Assembly: GCA_017609985.1 (NCBI GenBank)
Contig: JAFCCW010000005.1
Span: 1 to 62,776, forward strand
DNA from: Candidatus Iainarchaeum sp.
Lineage (GTDB): Archaea > Iainarchaeota > Iainarchaeia > Iainarchaeales > JAFCCW01
Direction: 5' to 3'
Length of the DNA: 62,776 bases
Part shown: positions 59,235-62,776 of the stretch, piece by piece
Position numbering within the stretch: position 1 is the stretch's first letter
Layout: every line of letters begins with the position of its first letter
The notes under the pieces: model-generated
What the model was told of the DNA's origin: nothing
Seen by the model: only the letters and a program-made list of their open reading frames with translations
The model's database searches: none
Translations under genes and position numbers: made by a program

Positions 59235-59309
59235 GGGCGCGTGGCTTAGCCTGGTTAGAGCACACGACTGATAATCGTGGGGTCGGCGGTTCAAATCCGC
59301 CCGTGCCCA
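59235..59309 (+). tRNA. tRNA-Ile(GAT)
   Basis: GGGCGCG...CACGA-CTGATAA-TCGTG...GGTTCAAATCC...CGTGCCCA. Confidence 0.94.
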
Positions 59310-60112
59310 TTTTTCTTTTTTAAAAAACCAGATAAAAAACGTTCAAATAATTTAACTTCAGCTATTGCTTTGTGCATCTTTTCCCTTCTAAAAATAAGAA
59401 CATAGAGGCATCCAAAAACTGCGCCATAGCCGTGAATCCAGAAATCAGTTTTTGTTTCAATCTCAAAATTTCTTGAAACTGCAAATTCCTGTTCTTGTTT
59501 CTGAATTTTATGAATTTTTTCTTCAGCAAGCTTTGCATTGTTCAAGTTTCCTTCAGCCAAAGCAGCAGACTGCTCCTGCAAAGCAACAGACATAGAAGAA
59601 TCGATTGATGCACCTGCTGTTTCAACTCCTTGAAATGAGACAGGAGCAATAACCAAAGAAGCCGCAGCAAGAGACAAGACAATTCCCCAGATTGCTTTTT
59701 TTGGATCCAGAAAAAAAGAAGCCCCAAGCAATCCGCTTACTCCAGCACTTGCTCCAATCAATGCAGTATTGGGATTGATTACAGTGAATGCAACAGCAGT
59801 TAAAACACCAGAAACAACAAATATCGCGATTGTGTCTGCAAATCCAAGAACTGATTCAACAACAATTGCAAAAGCTGCTCCTGACACAATGTTTACTGCC
59901 AAATGAGAAAAACCAGTGTGAACAAGCAAGTAAGAAAAAATATTGTGAATTCTTTCAACAGAAAAAGAGAATGCTAATAAAACCTCTTGTTTAATGTACA
60001 CGCTGAAATTAGACAAAAAAGCATATGCTCCGGACAAAACAAGAGCGATTAAAGCCGCTCCTGCAAATTTAAGTCCTTTTAAAGAAAGCTCCATTGAAAT
60101 AAAAATATTCAA
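59291..60112 (-). CDS. Rhomboid family intramembrane serine protease
   Basis: H....HL..N, IGASAG, HGYGAVFG. Confidence 0.82.
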   Translation of the reverse strand: MNIFISMELSLKGLKFAGAALIALVLSGAYAFLSNFSVYIKQEVLLAFSFSVERIHNIFSYLLVHTGFSHLAVNIVSGAAFAIVVESVLGFADTIAIFVVSGVLTAVAFTVINPNTALIGASAGVSGLLGASFFLDPKKAIWGIVLSLAAASLVIAPVSFQGVETAGASIDSSMSVALQEQSAALAEGNLNNAKLAEEKIHKIQKQEQEFAVSRNFEIETKTDFWIHGYGAVFGCLYVLIFRREKMHKAIAEVKLFERFLSGFLKKKNGHGRI

Positions 60113-60145
60113 AACATTTAAAAAAGCAAGAACCGTAATTTTTGC

Positions 60146-60760
60146 ATGCTACAAAAAGTGTTTCTTGCACTCGCAGTCATTCTGTCTTTTTCCCTCGTTT
60201 TTGGAGCAGGAGTTTCGCTTGTTGAATCATCTTCAGAAATAGAAAATGAAACACTAGTAATAGAATTGCTTTTTGTGAACAGCAGTAGCTTTACAAAAAA
60301 TGTTTCAATAAGTATTAACTATTTTGGACAAGAAGACTTTGCAAACGAAGCAATTCCTGCAGAAACAACAAAAAAAGTAGACTATGCAATATCAAATTTC
60401 TCAGAAGGAAAAGTAAAAATTCATGCACTAACAGACGAAGAATATTTTCTTGTGATAAACGTTCCTGCAGACTGGGAAAATGGAATAGAACTTGAAGTAA
60501 GCAGACTAAACTCTTTTGAAGAATTTGAATCAGTGCCCGCAAAGAAAAACATTATACAGGACGCTGATTCTTTTCTGAAAAGAAGCTTTGGAAGAGAATA
60601 TGGATTAATCGCAGCAGTATTGTTTGCACTAGTTCTCTTTGCATATCTGGGAATAAAAACACTCTTTAAGAAAAAAACTCCCGCAGAAGAAACACGAGAA
60701 TTGACTTCAGAAATGCTTTCAGAAATTGAAGCAATTGAAAATCTAAGAAAAAAGAAATAA
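60146..60760 (+). CDS. Hypothetical secreted/membrane protein
   Basis: Signal peptide and C-terminal TM helix. Confidence 0.6.
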   Translation: MLQKVFLALAVILSFSLVFGAGVSLVESSSEIENETLVIELLFVNSSSFTKNVSISINYFGQEDFANEAIPAETTKKVDYAISNFSEGKVKIHALTDEEYFLVINVPADWENGIELEVSRLNSFEEFESVPAKKNIIQDADSFLKRSFGREYGLIAAVLFALVLFAYLGIKTLFKKKTPAEETRELTSEMLSEIEAIENLRKKK

Positions 60761-60788
60761 ATTCTATTTCATAAAAAAAACGACAAGA

Positions 60789-61328
60789 CTATATTTCTTC
60801 CCAGATATCAACAAAGCCTTCAACCAAGTCGTCCAAAAAACTTGTCTTGAAAGATGCAAGCAAGGATACTGCTCGCTCTGGCTCTTTAAGATAAAAAAAT
60901 GACTTTCTTCCGCGATGTCTTTTTTCAACAAGACCTGTTTCAACAAGCTTTTTAAGATGCCAGGAAACAGTGCTTGGAGCAAGCTCAACAGCTTTTGCAA
61001 TTCGCTCATTGTTTGCCCTGCTTCCAGTCAACAGAAAAAGAATTATTCTTCTCATGCTTTCCTTTCGAAGCAAGGACATGAGCTCTTCATTCTCAGCCCC
61101 CAACTGCTCTCCGCGAGTAGAATAATAGCGAACATACTTTCCGTCCTTTTCCTGTCTAATAATATTCTTTTTCTTCAAATAGTCAACATGATACTGAAGC
61201 GAGCCAGTGGCAATTTCTGTTCGTCTCTGAATTTCACGAAAGTGAAGACCAGGGTTTCTGTTGATTGTGCGAAAAATCTTTTCTCGCGTATCAAGTTCTA
61301 TTGCTTCCCGCAAAGGATCTTCAATCAT
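60789..61328 (-). CDS. Double winged-helix transcriptional regulator
   Basis: NPGLHFREIQR...LQYH..L and STVSWHLKKL. Confidence 0.85.
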   Translation of the reverse strand: MIEDPLREAIELDTREKIFRTINRNPGLHFREIQRRTEIATGSLQYHVDYLKKKNIIRQEKDGKYVRYYSTRGEQLGAENEELMSLLRKESMRRIILFLLTGSRANNERIAKAVELAPSTVSWHLKKLVETGLVEKRHRGRKSFFYLKEPERAVSLLASFKTSFLDDLVEGFVDIWEEI

Positions 61329-61338
61329 TAAAAACACC

Positions 61339-61677
61339 TTACTTTTTCCTGAAGATAGCCAGAAACAACAAAAGCAATGCAAAGAACTCTACCACATTCT
61401 GACTCGGGTCTCCAAAAAACCAGCCAGGACTAATGTATAGGTCTGCAACGCTTAACAACCACTTGAACGCAAACAAGGCAAAAGCTGCAAGAACAAACAA
61501 GAGCTTCTTGCTCCTAGCTCGCCTGTATGCAAGAAAAGCAATTCCCGCAATGAAAAGAGAGAGAAGGAGAACAATCCACCTGGTCACTGCATCCGAGTTC
61601 AGCGCAATGTCTGTTAAAGGCCTGAGAAAATCCCAAGGCATTGCTTCAAGAAAAACCTGTTGAATTAATCCAGTCAT
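61339..61677 (-). CDS. Small membrane protein coupled to the regulator
   Basis: GGAGG RBS, three TM helices, AYRR...KLLFV.AAF.LF. Confidence 0.7.
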   Translation of the reverse strand: MTGLIQQVFLEAMPWDFLRPLTDIALNSDAVTRWIVLLLSLFIAGIAFLAYRRARSKKLLFVLAAFALFAFKWLLSVADLYISPGWFFGDPSQNVVEFFALLLLFLAIFRKK

Positions 61678-61920
61678 GGCAAAACCTCCATTGTATAGTA
61701 TTATTATCAAAAGATTTAAAAAACAGAAAAAACACGAAAACAGAAAAAAATGAGGTGAAACAACAGCAAGGGCTTTTGCCCTTGCTACTGTATCAGGGGG
61801 AATTTGTGAAACACTTTCATACACATAACTGTTTGCGATTTATAAAGGCGTTTTGGTGCAGTAGCCAATTAGTGCAAGTGTTCTCCTGCGAGAATTTAAA
61901 TGCTTTTCGGTTGAGGAAAA

Positions 61921-62776
61921 GTGAAACACATGAGAAAGAAACTGCACGACTATGAAAGGATTCTAGAGCGCGAATTCGAGCTATTGAAAGAGACTCCTAT
62001 CTCCAAGGAAAACAAGGAGAAAATAAAGAAATACAACTTCTGGAGCATTTCCCGCGAACTCAGCGACGCAAGAGTGATCCGAAATTCCAACACGCTGAGA
62101 AAGATAGCAAAGATTTTGAAGAAAGACTTTGAAGAAGCCACAGAAGAAGACATGCAAAAACTATTGATACGCATCAAAAAACAAGGCTATGCAGAGGCAA
62201 CAATTGACGGCGACAAAGCAGTCCTCAAGCACTTCTATAAATGGCTGAACGGCGGAGAAAAATACCCTGACTGCGTGAAATGGATAAAACGCAAAGGACT
62301 GAAAAACAACAAGCTGCCGGACGAAATGCTGGAACCCGAAGAAGTCCAGAAAATAATCAAAGCAGCAAACAACAAAAGAGACAAAGCAATAGTTTCGCTC
62401 GTCTGGGAGTCCGGTGCACATATCGGGGAAATAGGCGGAATGCAAGTAAAAAACGTTGCCTTTGACAAAACAGGCTGCAGGGTAATGCTGGATGGAAAAA
62501 CAGGAATGCGAAGAATAATGCTGATAAACTCAGCGCCCTACCTGGTTCAATGGATGAACGAACACCCAAAATCGGAAGACCCACAGGAACCGCTCTGGAT
62601 AACCCTGAAAAACCCGAAGAAAAAACAGCTCAGCTACAGATATTTCACGAAGATGCTCAAAGCCACTGCAAAAAGAGCAGGAATAAAAAAGCCAGCCAAC
62701 CCCCCCACTTCAGGCACTCAAGAGCAACCTGCCTCGCAAACAAGCTCACAGAAGCCCAAATGAAAGAATACTTCGG
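61921..62776 (+). pseudogene. Tyrosine recombinase/integrase, degenerate and cut by the window end
   Basis: RDKA...WESGAHIGE, DGKTG.R; H.FRHSRAT...LTEAQMKEYFG continues in another frame after the C-tract at ~62700. Confidence 0.8.

Overview
AT-rich archaeal chromosomal window, most consistent with a DPANN lineage such as Diapherotrites/Iainarchaeota (an inference from gene content). It carries GatD, GatE, archaeal-type ProRS, an ATP-dependent DNA ligase, a DRG GTPase, ZPR1, TrmJ and a bacterial-type Tgt. Five tRNA genes are present: Trp (with a BHB intron containing a box C/D guide), two Pro, Gln and Ile. It also encodes a MacB-type ABC operon, PerR/Fur plus rubrerythrin, many Cys-rich secreted proteins, a glucosylglycerate-type sugar/compatible-solute cluster and a degenerate tyrosine integrase at the right edge. 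The most striking unannotated structure lies at 15.4-22.0 kb. An intact box C/D sRNA gene (21887-21955) is preceded by three progressively more degenerate copies of its promoter plus 5' end. All four have identical spacing and an imperfect palindrome, and they separate blocks of same-strand accessory genes (two Fic genes, secreted proteins, YbjQ). This looks like a cassette/island array accreting at a C/D sRNA gene. Short 3'-end duplications also follow this sRNA and tRNA-Trp, and long structured leaders precede tRNA-Trp and a tRNA-Pro/tRNA-Pro/proB/proS unit. All calls come from reading motifs by eye; no searches were run.
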